Assembly: GCA_964389005.1 (NCBI GenBank) | Contig: CAYMCV010000001.1 | Coordinates: forward strand, 4,957-54,497 | Reading direction: 5' to 3' | Source: an uncultured Lachnospiraceae bacterium | GTDB lineage: Bacteria > Bacillota > Clostridia > Lachnospirales > Lachnospiraceae | DNA length: 49,541 nucleotides | Notes under the pieces: generated by a model | Seen by the model: the letters and a program-made list of their open reading frames with translations, nothing else | Databases searched by the model: none | Told to the model about the DNA's origin: nothing | Made by a program: the position numbers and the translations under genes | In this document: in pieces, positions 18,572 through 29,781 of the stretch | How positions within the stretch are numbered: the stretch's first letter is position 1 | How the letters are laid out: each line of letters begins with the position of its first letter

Positions 18572-18622
18572 TTCTTTTTTCTTTGCATAAAATGATAAAA
18601 AGTTGCTTTTGGGAGACGAACT

Positions 18623-19351
18623 TTGCGATATCGATTGATGATTGGTGGTATGTTGGCGGCGTTGTTTCTGTTATTGATGAACCTCGGTGCCGGTGCCGTA
18701 GAGACGGCAAGTATGCGAGAGAATGAGACCAATGTAGATAAAAATCAAGAAACGAGAGATGCGGATAAGAACCAAGCGGAGACTACGGTGCCTTATGAAG
18801 GCAAAATAGCATTGACCTTTGATGACGGACCGACGCCTGGCTTTACAGAAGCAATACTTGACATTCTGCTTGAAAGGGATGTGCGAGCGACCTTTTTTGT
18901 TCTTGGGAAACATGTGGAAGCAAATCCGGAGATTGTAAGGCGCATACAAACGGAGGGGCATCTCATTGGAAACCATACATATTCTCACATGGAGTTGACG
19001 GATGGAAACTGTGATTTGTTCATGGATGAAGTCGAGCAGACTAACGTAGTTCTGGAAGATGTCATTGGCTATCGTACCGCATTTGTAAGACCACCGTTTG
19101 GATGTTGTACTAAGCGTCTGCAAAAAGAAGCGTCAATGATTACCGTATTATGGACAATCGATTCCAAAGACTGGTGTTCGACGGATGCAGATGCCGTGAC
19201 AAATCGGGTAGTGACGAAAGCGGAAGATGGTGCTATTATATTGATGCATGACGGATATGATTGTACGGTGGAGGCGGTCGTCCGGATTGTGGATACCTTA
19301 CTTGCAAAAGGGTATGATTTTGTTACCGTGGATGAAATACTGATGAATTAA
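18623..19351 (+). CDS. secreted polysaccharide deacetylase (NodB homology domain)
   Basis: Signal-like N-terminus, with LTFDDGP, GNHTYSH and ILMHD motifs. TTG start with GGGAG 7 nt upstream. Confidence 0.85.
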   Translation: MRYRLMIGGMLAALFLLLMNLGAGAVETASMRENETNVDKNQETRDADKNQAETTVPYEGKIALTFDDGPTPGFTEAILDILLERDVRATFFVLGKHVEANPEIVRRIQTEGHLIGNHTYSHMELTDGNCDLFMDEVEQTNVVLEDVIGYRTAFVRPPFGCCTKRLQKEASMITVLWTIDSKDWCSTDADAVTNRVVTKAEDGAIILMHDGYDCTVEAVVRIVDTLLAKGYDFVTVDEILMN

Positions 19352-19367
19352 AGAAACAGAGGGAAGT

Positions 19368-20708
19368 ATGGATCTTTTTACTTATATGCGCGAGAACAAT
19401 CAAAAAGAAGAATCACCGCTTGCGGCAAGATTGCGTCCGCGGACACTCGATGAAGTGGTGGGGCAACAGCACATTATCGGGAAAGATAAGATGTTGTATC
19501 GTGCCATCATGGCAGATAAAATCAGTTCCGTTATTTTTTACGGACCGCCCGGAACGGGCAAGACAACGCTTGCAAAGGTCATTGCCAATACAACGAAGGC
19601 GGAATTTCGGCAGATGAACGCGACCGTATCCGGTAAAAAGGACATGGAAGAAGTGGTGGAAGAAGCCAAGAACACCATGGCGATGTATGGGAAGAAGACC
19701 ATTCTTTTTATCGATGAGATTCATCGTTTCAATAAGGCACAACAGGACTTTTTATTACCATACGTGGAAGACGGGACTGTAACGTTAATCGGTGCGACCA
19801 CAGAAAACCCGTATTTTGAGGTGAATCAGGCGTTAATATCACGCTCTAACATATTTGAACTACAATCTCTTCAACAGGAAGACATTAAGGAATTGATTCG
19901 TCGGGCAGTTTTCGACAAAGAGCGAGGGATGGGAGCATATCAGGCGACCATCACGGACGAAGCAGTGGATTTTCTTGCGGAAATGTCGGGCGGTGATGCA
20001 AGGCATGCCTTAAATGCCATCGAACTTGCCGTTATGACGACAGAACGTGCGGCAGACGGGACCATTCCGCTGACACTTTCTGTAGCGGAGGATTGCATCC
20101 AACGCAGGGTGTTGCGTTACGATAAGAATGGGGATAATCACTATGATACCATCTCTGCTTTTATCAAAAGTATGCGAGGCTCGGACCCGGATGCGGCGGT
20201 TTATTACCTTGCCAAGATGATTACGGCAGGGGAAAGCGTGACGTTCATTGCGCGAAGAATCATGATTTGCGCTTCCGAGGATGTCGGAAATGCCGATCCG
20301 AACGCATTGGTAGTGGCGGTCAATGCTTCACTGGCGGTGGAGCGAATCGGATTGCCGGAGGCACAGTTGATTCTGTCACAGGCGGCAATTTACGTTGCCT
20401 GTGCGCCCAAAAGCAATGCATGTACCGTGGCCATCGACGCTGCGAAAGCGTGTGTTCAGAAGTATGGCGATTTACCGATACCACCGCATTTACAGGATGC
20501 ACATTATAAAGGGGCACAAAAACTTGGACGCGGTACAGGCTATCTGTATGCGCATCTGTTCCCAAACAATTATGTAAACCAACAGTATCTTCCGTATGAA
20601 TTAAGCGGTGAGGTTTTCTATCAGCCGTCGGGAAACGGATATGAACAAAAAATCGATGCCCATATGAAGCGAATCAAAGAAGAAGAACGTAAAAGAGAAC
20701 AATCATAA
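19368..20708 (+). CDS. rarA: replication-associated recombination protein A (AAA+ ATPase)
   Basis: [22 protein letters not shown] and [16 protein letters not shown], plus the MgsA C-terminal domain ([19 protein letters not shown]). Confidence 0.95.
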   Translation: MDLFTYMRENNQKEESPLAARLRPRTLDEVVGQQHIIGKDKMLYRAIMADKISSVIFYGPPGTGKTTLAKVIANTTKAEFRQMNATVSGKKDMEEVVEEAKNTMAMYGKKTILFIDEIHRFNKAQQDFLLPYVEDGTVTLIGATTENPYFEVNQALISRSNIFELQSLQQEDIKELIRRAVFDKERGMGAYQATITDEAVDFLAEMSGGDARHALNAIELAVMTTERAADGTIPLTLSVAEDCIQRRVLRYDKNGDNHYDTISAFIKSMRGSDPDAAVYYLAKMITAGESVTFIARRIMICASEDVGNADPNALVVAVNASLAVERIGLPEAQLILSQAAIYVACAPKSNACTVAIDAAKACVQKYGDLPIPPHLQDAHYKGAQKLGRGTGYLYAHLFPNNYVNQQYLPYELSGEVFYQPSGNGYEQKIDAHMKRIKEEERKREQS

Positions 20709-21218
20709 GAGGTGTTCTGTCAGATATTGGTAGATTTCGGAACTTTTCTTCTGCCAATTGCGACAGACGGTATCGGCCAGTGCCTCCGTCGGCATATTGA
20801 TGCTCAAGCGAATAAGATCGTTACGGCGGTCTTTTGCAATCAGATTGGCAACATAATCTCCTTGCGGTGTCAAACGATAGTCGGCAAGAACGGAGACTTC
20901 GTCACGCAGTTTCAGTTCGTTTTGACGGAGATACTCCTCCACATCTTTACGGATTTCAAGACTCAGTCCGTTTTCAAGAAGTTGGAGCGTGCTCTGTCCT
21001 TCTGCGGTAATCGTAATCAGTGTACGATTGCGATATGTTTCATGAGCAATAAGCCCTTTGTCATCCAATTCGGACAAAACCTGCTGTAATGAAAGATAAT
21101 TTGTGTATTCTTTTTCCAAAAGGAAATCACTGATCTGTGCGTTGGAAAGCGGAAACGTTACCTTATCCAACATGTATAGAATAATCAATTTGTATAGTGT
21201 AAGCGGTTCCGGTAACAT
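20703..21218 (-). CDS. DUF4364-like putative winged-helix regulator
   Basis: 171 aa. LYKLIILYMLDKVTFPLSNAQISDFLLEKEYTNY is PadR-like. Its stop overlaps the rarA stop by 6 nt (convergent genes). Confidence 0.7.
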   Translation of the reverse strand: MLPEPLTLYKLIILYMLDKVTFPLSNAQISDFLLEKEYTNYLSLQQVLSELDDKGLIAHETYRNRTLITITAEGQSTLQLLENGLSLEIRKDVEEYLRQNELKLRDEVSVLADYRLTPQGDYVANLIAKDRRNDLIRLSINMPTEALADTVCRNWQKKSSEIYQYLTEHLL

Positions 21219-21522
21219 ATCTGACCTCCGTAAATTTCATATCTTTTTTTGAGATTAAGAACTCTGTTCCTATGATAGACCAATCACTTTCTTCATGCAA
21301 GTTAAAAATTTTACTTTCTTTTTTGGGACAGTTGTTGTATAATCAAATTGCTTTTAGGTTTTATCGAAGCAATCAAAGGGTATCTCCCGTCTAGGTACGA
21401 ATTCCCATTATTAGATAAGAAGTATAGATTGATAAGCGTTATGTATAAGTTGGGTGTTTTATCGGATAAAAGAACAGTAATTTTTTAACAGTGGACAGAC
21501 ATATTTTTAGAGGAGGTTATGC

Positions 21523-22905
21523 ATGAGAGAGAAATATGAATCGTTAAGTGCGACGGTTTTGCGTGATTTGGCGAAAGCGCGTGGAATTAAGGGTACTGCA
21601 ACGATGAAGAAAGAAGGCTTGGTGGAGGCGATGCTTTTGCTTGATGAGAAAGAGAAGAACGCTGCCGCAAAGCAGAACCAGGGAGAGAAAACAGGAGAGA
21701 AAAACAACGAGAAAGCTTCCGAGCGAACTGCAGATGAGGGAGATAGTGAACGCCCGAACGATAGGCAGGCGGAATTGGACAGCGGAATTACCGTTGGCGG
21801 AATCCTGGAAGTCATGGGTGATGGCTTCGGTTTCATCAGAAGTGAGAATTTCCTTCCGGGTGAGAGTGATGTTTATGTTGCGCCCAGCCAGATTCGACGT
21901 TTTTGTTTGAAGACCGGTGACATTATTGAAGGAAATACAAGAGTTAAGACACAGAATGAGAAATTCTCTGCGTTACTATATATCAAACGGGTTAATGGGT
22001 ACTTACCGGAAGAAGCACAGCGTCGTATGAATTTTGAGGATATGACACCGATTTTTCCGGATAAAAGAATACGTCTTGAGACGCCGGGTGCGCCTGTATC
22101 AATGCGTATTGCGGATTTATTGTGTCCGGTCGGCAAGGGACAACGTGGAATGATTGTTTCGCCGCCGAAGGCAGGTAAAACAACCTTACTTAAAGATATT
22201 GCGAAGTCTGTGAAGTATTCCTGTCCGGGAATGCATATGATTATTCTGTTGATTGATGAACGTCCTGAGGAAGTTACGGATATCAAAGAGGCAATTGAAG
22301 GACCGAACATCGAAGTTATTTACTCCACGTTTGATGAGACGCCGGAGCACCACAAGAGAGTTGCGGAGATGGTCATCGAACGTGCAAAGCGTCTGGTGGA
22401 ACATAAGCAAGACGTCATTATTCTGCTTGACAGCATTACGCGTTTGACACGTGCGTATAATCAGGTAATTCCTCCCAGCGGAAGAACATTGTCGGGAGGT
22501 CTCGATCCGGCGGCGCTTCATATGCCGAAGAGATTCTTTGGTGCAGCAAGAAATATGCGTGAAGGCGGTAGCTTGACTATTTTGGCAACGGCGTTGGTCG
22601 AAACCGGAAGTAAGATGGATGATGTGGTTTATGAGGAGTTCAAGGGTACCGGCAATATGGAAATGGTACTTGACCGTAAATTATCCGAACGAAGAGTATT
22701 CCCCGCAATTGATATTCCCAAATCGGGAACGAGAAGAGAAGACTTACTGCTTTCATCGGAAGAACATGAAACAATCAACAATATTCGCCGTGCTTTGAAC
22801 GGTATGAAAGCGGATGAAGCAGTCGATCGCATTCTGGACATTTTTTATCGGACGAAGGATAATCGAGAATTCTTAATATGGATGAAACAGCACAAAATCT
22901 TTTAA
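21523..22905 (+). CDS. rho: transcription termination factor Rho (with low-complexity N-terminal insertion)
   Basis: N-terminal SAP-like [21 protein letters not shown] in the RNA-binding domain, Walker A PPKAGKTT, and the conserved C-terminus. Confidence 0.97.
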   Translation: MREKYESLSATVLRDLAKARGIKGTATMKKEGLVEAMLLLDEKEKNAAAKQNQGEKTGEKNNEKASERTADEGDSERPNDRQAELDSGITVGGILEVMGDGFGFIRSENFLPGESDVYVAPSQIRRFCLKTGDIIEGNTRVKTQNEKFSALLYIKRVNGYLPEEAQRRMNFEDMTPIFPDKRIRLETPGAPVSMRIADLLCPVGKGQRGMIVSPPKAGKTTLLKDIAKSVKYSCPGMHMIILLIDERPEEVTDIKEAIEGPNIEVIYSTFDETPEHHKRVAEMVIERAKRLVEHKQDVIILLDSITRLTRAYNQVIPPSGRTLSGGLDPAALHMPKRFFGAARNMREGGSLTILATALVETGSKMDDVVYEEFKGTGNMEMVLDRKLSERRVFPAIDIPKSGTRREDLLLSSEEHETINNIRRALNGMKADEAVDRILDIFYRTKDNREFLIWMKQHKIF

Positions 22906-22912
22906 AAAGGTA

Positions 22913-22941
22913 TTGCAAACCCAATAAAGCTATGTTACAAT
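22913..22941 (+). promoter_or_regulatory. sigma-A-type promoter for rpmE
   Basis: TTGCAA (22913-22918), 17 nt, TACAAT (22936-22941). Confidence 0.55.
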
Positions 22942-23022
22942 AAACGCGCTGTGTTAGAGCAAGTAGAGGAATATCCTACTATATAGAAACACATGGAATA
23001 GTATATATAGAGAGGTGAGAAG

Positions 23023-23229
23023 ATGAAAGAAGGAATTCATCCTGAGTATTATCAGGCAACAGTAACATGTAACTGTGGAAACACATTTGTGACCGGTTCA
23101 ACCAAGAAGGACATTCACGTGGAAGTTTGTTCCAAGTGCCACTCATTCTATACGGGTCAGCAGAAGGCTGCACAGGCTCGCGGACGTATTGATAAGTTCA
23201 ATAAGAAGTATGGTGTAGAAAGCAAATAG
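23023..23229 (+). CDS. rpmE: 50S ribosomal protein L31 (zinc-binding type A)
   Basis: [10 protein letters not shown]...CNCG...[10 protein letters not shown]. 68 aa. Confidence 0.97.
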   Translation: MKEGIHPEYYQATVTCNCGNTFVTGSTKKDIHVEVCSKCHSFYTGQQKAAQARGRIDKFNKKYGVESK

Positions 23230-23241
23230 GTCGTGCGAAAC

Positions 23242-23277
23242 AAGGTTGAGGTAGACATATCTCAACCTTATTTTTTA
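23242..23277 (+). terminator. rho-independent terminator after rpmE
   Basis: Stem AAGGTTGAG/CTCAACCTT with a 10-nt loop, followed by ATTTTTT. Confidence 0.8.
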
Positions 23278-23311
23278 ATGATACAGATACGAGAAAGGGC
23301 TGGGGTAAAAC

Positions 23312-24364
23312 GTGAAAAAGAAAAAGCAAATTTACTCGGGAATCGGCGGACAGGCGGTCATGGAAGGAATCATGATGCGCAACAAGAATCGTTACGCGGT
23401 TGCGGTTCGTTTGCCGAACAAGAAGATAGAAATACAAGTTGCGGATTGCGGAACTTCCAATAAGGGTGTCAGGAAGATTCCCTTTATTCGGGGTATTTTT
23501 AACTTTGTAGACTCGCTGGTATTAGGTATGAAGACGCTGTCTTATTCTGCGGAATTTTATGAGGATGCGGATGAGAAAGAGAGCGGATTTGATAAGTTTT
23601 TAAAGAAAATATTCGGGAAGAATACGGATAAGGTGGTGACCGGTTTTACGGTGGCAATATCCGTTATTTTTGCGATTGGATTATTTGTCGTTCTTCCGTT
23701 TTTTGTGGCATCCTATTTAGACGGAATTCTGCACAATGCCTCATTGTTGGCAATCATTGAGGGCGTGTTGCGGTTGGTTATTTTTATCTTATATGTATTG
23801 GCAATTTCACTGATGAAAGACGTACGTCGTGTGTTCCAATATCACGGCGCAGAGCATAAATGTATCAATTGTGTGGAGAAAGGTCGACCATTGACGGTAA
23901 GAAACGTTATGCGCCATTCCAGATTCCACAGGCGATGCGGAACCAGTTTCCTGTTGCTTGTTATGCTGATTAGTATCATTTTGTTTTTCTTTATTCGTGT
24001 AGATTCCATGTTACTCAAAATGGTTTTGCGAATTGCACTGGTACCGGTCATCGCAGGAATTTCCTACGAAGTGTTGCGGCTTGCCGGCTCACATGACAAT
24101 TGGTTGATTCGCATTATTTCGGCACCGGGTATCTGGTTACAGGGATTGACGACCAAAGAGCCGGATCCGGATATGGCGGAAGTTGCGATTGCGGCGGTGG
24201 AAGCGGTTTTTGACTGGAAAGCTTATTTACGTGAGAATTTTGACTATGATGTATCCGACAGTGAAGAATGGTTGGATGAAGGCGATGAGGAAGAAGAGAA
24301 TACCGAATCGAGTCAGGAGTCGACAGAAGCGCCTGTCGAAGAAGTTGAAGATTCCGAGAAATGA
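23312..24364 (+). CDS. DUF1385-family membrane protein (commonly linked to prmC/prfA), acidic C-terminal tail
   Basis: GTG start. IGGQAVMEGIMMRN and YHGAEHKCI motifs. Sits upstream of prmC-prfA, the conserved synteny. Confidence 0.85.
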   Translation: MKKKKQIYSGIGGQAVMEGIMMRNKNRYAVAVRLPNKKIEIQVADCGTSNKGVRKIPFIRGIFNFVDSLVLGMKTLSYSAEFYEDADEKESGFDKFLKKIFGKNTDKVVTGFTVAISVIFAIGLFVVLPFFVASYLDGILHNASLLAIIEGVLRLVIFILYVLAISLMKDVRRVFQYHGAEHKCINCVEKGRPLTVRNVMRHSRFHRRCGTSFLLLVMLISIILFFFIRVDSMLLKMVLRIALVPVIAGISYEVLRLAGSHDNWLIRIISAPGIWLQGLTTKEPDPDMAEVAIAAVEAVFDWKAYLRENFDYDVSDSEEWLDEGDEEEENTESSQESTEAPVEEVEDSEK

Positions 24365-24379
24365 TAGCTGAGGACAAGT

Positions 24380-25222
24380 ATGAACTATCGAGGATTGTAT
24401 CAATTTGGTACCAATCAATTACGAAACAGCGGTATCGAAACATATGAGACAGATGCAAGAATACTTTTAGAATACGTTTGTCATACAAAGAGGCATGATT
24501 TGCTGGCGCATCCGGAACGTGAAGTTTCAGAGGATGAAGAAGCTCTCTATCGGGCATTGATTCAGAAAAGAATGACGCATGTACCCGTTCAACATCTGAC
24601 CGGTGTACAGGAGTTTATGGGATTGGAATTTTATGTAAACCAATCGACATTGGTTCCCAGGCAGGATACGGAGACACTTGTAGAAGAAGCAATGCAACTG
24701 TTGCATGACGGGATGGAGATTCTGGATGTCTGTACCGGAAGCGGATGCATCCTGTTGAGTCTGCTTCATTACAGTAACGATTGTCGCGGTACGGGAACGG
24801 ATATCAGCGGTGAAGCAATTGCACTTGCCAAGAAGAATGCGGCGCATTTGGGTTTATCGGCGACTTTTATTGAGGGTGATTTATTTGAACATATCACCGG
24901 AAAATATGATATGATTGTGTCGAACCCGCCGTATATCAAGACAGAAGTGATTAAGACACTGATGCCGGAAGTGAAGACATATGAGCCGATTGCGGCATTG
25001 GACGGCGGCGAAGACGGATTGTTGTTTTATCGGCGGATTGCTGCTTGTGCCAAAGATTATTTCTATGGTGGCGGGAAACTGCTCATGGAGATTGGCTACG
25101 ATGAGGCGGATGCAGTGTGTGACATATTGGAAAAAGAACAGTATTTTGATATTATGGTAAAGAAAGACCTGGCAGGATTGAATCGGGTCGTGATTGGAAC
25201 GTTTCGCGGAGGAAATGAGTAA
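24380..25222 (+). CDS. prmC: release-factor glutamine N5-methyltransferase
   Basis: SAM motif ILDVCTGSGCI, catalytic NPPY (VSNPPYI), and abuts prfA. Confidence 0.93.
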   Translation: MNYRGLYQFGTNQLRNSGIETYETDARILLEYVCHTKRHDLLAHPEREVSEDEEALYRALIQKRMTHVPVQHLTGVQEFMGLEFYVNQSTLVPRQDTETLVEEAMQLLHDGMEILDVCTGSGCILLSLLHYSNDCRGTGTDISGEAIALAKKNAAHLGLSATFIEGDLFEHITGKYDMIVSNPPYIKTEVIKTLMPEVKTYEPIAALDGGEDGLLFYRRIAACAKDYFYGGGKLLMEIGYDEADAVCDILEKEQYFDIMVKKDLAGLNRVVIGTFRGGNE

Positions 25223-26302
25223 ATGTTTGATAAATTGGAAGATTTGCTTCGAAGATTTGAAGAAATCATGAATGAGTTACAAGAACCGGATGTTGTCAAC
25301 AATCAGGAGCGCTTTCGCAAGTTAATGAAAGAGCAGAGCGACTTAACACCGTTGATTGATGCATATCGGGAGTACAAGAAGAGCCGACAGGATATTGAAG
25401 ACAGTCTTCATATGTTGGAGAGTGAGAACGACGAAGAAATGCGTGAAATGCTGAAAGAAGAACTTTCGGAAGCACGCGATAACGTTGCGCAGTTAGAAGA
25501 AAAGATGAAAATTCTTCTGCTACCGAAGGATCCGAATGATGATAAAAATGTTATCGTCGAGATTCGTGCCGGTGCAGGCGGAGATGAGGCAGCTCTGTTT
25601 GCGGCAGAGATGTATCGTTTGTATGTTCATTATGCAGAAAGACAACGTTGGAAAGTTGAAACTGTGAATGTAGATGAAATTGGAATTGGCGGTATGAAGG
25701 ATGTCAGTTTCATGATTAACGGACAGGGCGCATATTCCAAATTGAAGTATGAAAGCGGTGTTCATCGTGTACAGAGAATTCCGGAGACGGAATCCGGCGG
25801 CAGAATTCATACATCCACAATTACGGTTGCAGTGATGCCGGAGGCAGAGGACGTGGATGTTGTAATTGATGATAAAGACATTCGTATTGATGTTATGCGT
25901 GCATCCGGTTGTGGTGGGCAATGTGTCAATACGACAGACTCTGCGGTGCGCTTGACGCATATTCCGACCGGAATTGTCATCTACAGTCAGACAGAGAAAT
26001 CACAGTTACAGAACAAAGCCAAGGCTTTTGCACTGTTACGTGCCAAACTATACGATATGGAACAACAGAAACAGCATGATGCAGAGGCGGAATTGCGTCG
26101 CAGCCAGATCGGAACGGGAGATCGTTCCGAGAAGATCAGAACTTACAATATCCCGCAGGGACGTGTTACCGACCATCGCATCAAATTGACGCTTTATAAG
26201 ATTGACGCCATCATGGACGGAGATATCGATGAGTTGCTGGATAGTCTGATAGCAGCCGATCAGGCAGCCAAACTGCTGAAGATGAATGACAATGAATCTT
26301 AG
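25223..26302 (+). CDS. prfA: peptide chain release factor 1
   Basis: PxT anticodon-like motif (RIPETES), GGQ loop (SGCGGQCVN), 359 aa. Confidence 0.97.
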   Translation: MFDKLEDLLRRFEEIMNELQEPDVVNNQERFRKLMKEQSDLTPLIDAYREYKKSRQDIEDSLHMLESENDEEMREMLKEELSEARDNVAQLEEKMKILLLPKDPNDDKNVIVEIRAGAGGDEAALFAAEMYRLYVHYAERQRWKVETVNVDEIGIGGMKDVSFMINGQGAYSKLKYESGVHRVQRIPETESGGRIHTSTITVAVMPEAEDVDVVIDDKDIRIDVMRASGCGGQCVNTTDSAVRLTHIPTGIVIYSQTEKSQLQNKAKAFALLRAKLYDMEQQKQHDAEAELRRSQIGTGDRSEKIRTYNIPQGRVTDHRIKLTLYKIDAIMDGDIDELLDSLIAADQAAKLLKMNDNES

Positions 26303-26399
26303 CTTCTTTTATTCTGCTTAAGAAGGGCCGCATAATTACGGCATTTCGGGGGACTGTAGTATAAAAACGCAGCAGAATGAAAGGCTAGGTATATTTTAA

Positions 26400-27290
26400 A
26401 TGGAAATCGAATGGAAAAAAATTACTGCAGAGTGTACAGAAGTTTTTCGTACGTATTATGAAATGGTACGTCCGATGAGTTGCGAGTTTTCGGTCGGAAA
26501 CAATGTATTGTGGTCCGATTTTTATCATACGAAATGGGCAATTGTTGAGGATGCGCTGGTATTCTATTCCGGAGAGGAGAAAGAGTCGGTGAGTTTCCCT
26601 TTGTATAAGGAATTCCCGAGGAAAGCAATCGATGCTTTGACGGAGTGGTTTATGAAGAGAGACAAACCGTTTCGTATACATCTTGTCACAAAGGAACAGT
26701 TTAACGCTTTGGAGGAGAATTATCCGGGGCGTTTTGAGATTCATTTTTATCCGGAAGATGCCGATTATATTTATGAGTCGGAGAAACTCATCAGTCTTGC
26801 AGGTAAGAAACTGCATGCCAAGAGGAATCATATCAATCGCTTTTGCGAGAACTATCCGGATTGGAAGTATGAACGAATTACACAGCAGAACCTGGAGGAG
26901 TGTGTTACCATGGCATATGAATGGCGTGAGAACTCCGCACAGGGAGATGCCGAAAAGGATGCAGAGTTTCAGGTAACACTGAAAGCAATTCGGAATCTGG
27001 AACAATTGCACTTGACAGGCGGATTGTTACGGGCGAACGGCAAGGTTGCGGCGTTTACCGTTGGGGAACCAATCAGCGATGAGGTGTTCGTGGTTCACAT
27101 CGAAAAGGCACACGCAGAGATACAGGGTGCGTATCCGATGATTAATCAACAGTTTATTCAGAACGAAGCATCCGCTTACCGATATATCAATCGTGAAGAG
27201 GACGTGGGTGATGAAGGTCTGCGCAAGGCGAAACAGTCATACGCACCGGTTTTTCTTTTAGAGAAGGGGATTGTTACCGAAAAACAATAG
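26400..27290 (+). CDS. DUF2156-like protein (lysyl-PG synthase C-terminal/GNAT-like fold)
   Basis: 296 aa. GKKLHAKRNHINRF matches my recollection of the DUF2156 family. Confidence 0.7.
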   Translation: MEIEWKKITAECTEVFRTYYEMVRPMSCEFSVGNNVLWSDFYHTKWAIVEDALVFYSGEEKESVSFPLYKEFPRKAIDALTEWFMKRDKPFRIHLVTKEQFNALEENYPGRFEIHFYPEDADYIYESEKLISLAGKKLHAKRNHINRFCENYPDWKYERITQQNLEECVTMAYEWRENSAQGDAEKDAEFQVTLKAIRNLEQLHLTGGLLRANGKVAAFTVGEPISDEVFVVHIEKAHAEIQGAYPMINQQFIQNEASAYRYINREEDVGDEGLRKAKQSYAPVFLLEKGIVTEKQ

Positions 27291-27305
27291 GGTTTTGTAT
27301 CAGGG

Positions 27306-28646
27306 ATGGTGACGAAGATGGAATTAACGCTGAAGGAACAATTGGAGGATGCAAATCGGCAACTTACAATACTGATGGAGAATATGCCGGGCGGTTTTAT
27401 GATTTATGATGCCGTAACGGGTAAATTCAGTTATTTGAGTGACGGTTTACTCTCGATGTTCGGTTGCAGCGAGGAAGCATTTCGCGAGCACTTCTATAAC
27501 TCATTCGAACTTCTGATTTATAAACAGGAGCGGAAACGGGTGTTGGATATGATTACGGAACAGTTTTCTCTGATGGGTGCCGCCGAAGCAAATTTTCGCA
27601 TCAAAAGTATGTTGGACGAAGTGATGTATGTTTCCTACAAAGGCAGACGGGTTGTGGCGCGTGACGGCAAGGTATCTGTTTATGCGACTTTGACGGATGT
27701 GACGGAACAGGTTGCTGCGCAGATGGAATTGAATCGCATGAATGAGGCACTGTATGTTGAGACGCAGCGATTCAAATTATTACAGGAAGCATTGGATGAT
27801 ATTCCGTTTGATTTGAATGTGATTACAGATGAGATGACACTGATACTCAAAAGAGGTGACATGCATGAACTCAGGGTTCCGGCGTTTATGCAAGAAAATG
27901 CGTATCAGTCATTTGTACACCCGGAGGATTGTTCGGTTTATGAAAAGAACTTAAATTTGGCATTGGAGGAGCCCGCCAAAATTACAGCGGAATGCCGAAT
28001 GAGATTCGAAGGCGAAGATGAATATTGTTGGTATCGTGTCTTTTTTGCCAGTTTCGGAGAAGATGGCGGAACAGTATTGCGTGTGGTAGGAAATATGAAG
28101 GACATTGCACTCGAACGTGCACGTCAGGAAGAGATGCGCAACAAGATTCGCAATGATTCCATGACGGGAATACTCAACAAAGCGGCGATGCAAGCGTCAA
28201 TTGAGGATTATTTGTCAGGAACCACCAGAGACAAGTTACATGCCATGATGATGATCGACACAGATAACTTTAAATCCGTGAATGATACGATGGGACATCT
28301 TTTTGGAGATGAAGTAATTAAGTTTGTAGCGAAAACTGTCAAACAGACTTTTCGTGAGAGTGATTTTGTAGGTCGCGTTGGCGGTGACGAGTTTATGGTT
28401 TTCATGAAGAATACAACGAGACAAGTTACGGAGCTTCGCGCACAGGAACTAAATCAGGCAATGCGACAACGTTTCTGCAAAGACGGGGCATCGGTTCAAA
28501 TCAGTTGCAGTATCGGCGTTGCATACTATCCGAAGGCAGGTATTGATTTCGCATCGCTGTTTGCAAATGCGGATGAAGCCCTTTATCAAGCCAAGGCCAA
28601 AGGAAAGGATTGTTATGTTATTTCACAGGTCATTGCGTCACTGTAG
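27306..28646 (+). CDS. PAS-domain diguanylate cyclase (GGDEF) with intact I-site
   Basis: GGDEF active site (RVGGDEFMVF) and RESD (RxxD) 5 residues upstream. N-terminal PAS-like repeats. Confidence 0.9.
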   Translation: MVTKMELTLKEQLEDANRQLTILMENMPGGFMIYDAVTGKFSYLSDGLLSMFGCSEEAFREHFYNSFELLIYKQERKRVLDMITEQFSLMGAAEANFRIKSMLDEVMYVSYKGRRVVARDGKVSVYATLTDVTEQVAAQMELNRMNEALYVETQRFKLLQEALDDIPFDLNVITDEMTLILKRGDMHELRVPAFMQENAYQSFVHPEDCSVYEKNLNLALEEPAKITAECRMRFEGEDEYCWYRVFFASFGEDGGTVLRVVGNMKDIALERARQEEMRNKIRNDSMTGILNKAAMQASIEDYLSGTTRDKLHAMMMIDTDNFKSVNDTMGHLFGDEVIKFVAKTVKQTFRESDFVGRVGGDEFMVFMKNTTRQVTELRAQELNQAMRQRFCKDGASVQISCSIGVAYYPKAGIDFASLFANADEALYQAKAKGKDCYVISQVIASL

Positions 28647-28671
28647 AAAAACACTACGAATGTAAATAAAT

Positions 28672-29646
28672 CTAAATATGCGACAAGGAGAGACCGAACG
28701 GACTGAGTTTATCACGATGTTCGGTTTTGCTATTGTTTCGATATTGCGAGGGAGTACAGCCAAAGTATTGTTTAAACAACTTGTTGTAATAACTTGCATT
28801 GTTAAAACCGACGGAATAAGCGAGATCCGAGATGGAGGTGAAGGAGCGGTCATTCTTCAGTATCATTTCGGCAGATTGCAGTATCCGATATTTCATCAGG
28901 TATTCAATGGGTGTCATATCAACCGCACGTTTGAAACAACGGCAACATTCACTTTTGCTGATGTGAATGGACTCTGCGATATCTTCAAGCATAATCGGTT
29001 CGCTGTAATGTGTCTCGATGAAAGAAATGGCATCTTTGATACGGATTTCATCGGGAGAGAGTTGTTTGACTTTGGTTCGGTGAACAACCGGCTCCAAATT
29101 GGTTTTTTTGAGCAGATGCAACCAAAGCTGACAAAGATAACTCTTGGTCATCAGTTCAAAACCGAATTCTTTGGTCAGATTCGTGGAGAAAATGTCTTCG
29201 ATGTAGGCAAGCATACCACGATTCCACATATCGCCGCTTCTAAAGATGCAATAGCGCATTTGAGAATCTTCCAAAATCGGTTTCACATAGTTGGTGTGTG
29301 TTTGAGAGCCGGGATTCGGAAACAAAAATCGTGGATGAAAAATCAAAGAGAGAATGACGCATTTTCCTTCTTCACAGGTGATGGAGTGCCGCACATTACT
29401 ATTGATAAAAATAGCCTGTCCCGGATACATGGTCACAGTTTTATCACCAATCTTGAACATCGCATGTCCTTCACGTATCAGGTTGATTTCAATCTCCTCA
29501 TGCCAATGCCACCGCACATACCCCATGTACATTTTATCCGGTTCCACATAGTAGACACCGACGGGATAGTCAGGATTACTGTGTTCAACAATTTCTTCAA
29601 TATCGGTATAAGAGGCACTTTTTCTGAGTTCATTTGCTTCTTTCAT
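28672..29646 (-). CDS. AraC-family transcriptional regulator with N-terminal cupin sensor
   Basis: C-terminal double HTH (IAESIHISKSECCRCFK ... DLAYSVGFNNASYYNKLFKQYFGCTPSQYR). The N-terminal region reads as a cupin beta-barrel. Confidence 0.9.
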   Translation of the reverse strand: MKEANELRKSASYTDIEEIVEHSNPDYPVGVYYVEPDKMYMGYVRWHWHEEIEINLIREGHAMFKIGDKTVTMYPGQAIFINSNVRHSITCEEGKCVILSLIFHPRFLFPNPGSQTHTNYVKPILEDSQMRYCIFRSGDMWNRGMLAYIEDIFSTNLTKEFGFELMTKSYLCQLWLHLLKKTNLEPVVHRTKVKQLSPDEIRIKDAISFIETHYSEPIMLEDIAESIHISKSECCRCFKRAVDMTPIEYLMKYRILQSAEMILKNDRSFTSISDLAYSVGFNNASYYNKLFKQYFGCTPSQYRNNSKTEHRDKLSPFGLSLSHI

Positions 29647-29715
29647 CCATTTTCTCCTTGTATTGCCTTATATCACTTCTCTATCATTTTACGCAGTTTA
29701 TGTATGAAAAATCAA

Positions 29716-29744
29716 GAATAAAAAACAAAATAGAGAAGATACTA
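29716..29744 (+). promoter_or_regulatory. forespore sigma-G/F-like promoter candidate for spoVA genes
   Basis: GAATA (29716-29720), 17 nt, GATACTA (29738-29744). This compares with the sigma-G consensus GHATR-N17/18-CATXHTA. Confidence 0.35.
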
Positions 29745-29781
29745 ATGATACGGTTAAATAAATCTTTTCGGAGGGGTAAAC

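Noticed and set aside
20703-20708. Six-nt overlap of the convergent rarA and DUF4364 stop codons
   Set aside because: This is a real feature of the sequence, but it is a common consequence of compact gene packing. No associated structure or repeat was found.
28678-29721. 347-aa plus-strand ORF overlapping the AraC gene
   Set aside because: It is the antisense shadow of a CDS with clear AraC HTH and cupin signatures, and its translation has no recognisable motifs. The same reasoning applies to long antisense ORFs at 26385-27011, 15016-15624, 36515-37135, 37187-37714, 37870-38520 and 47914-48546.
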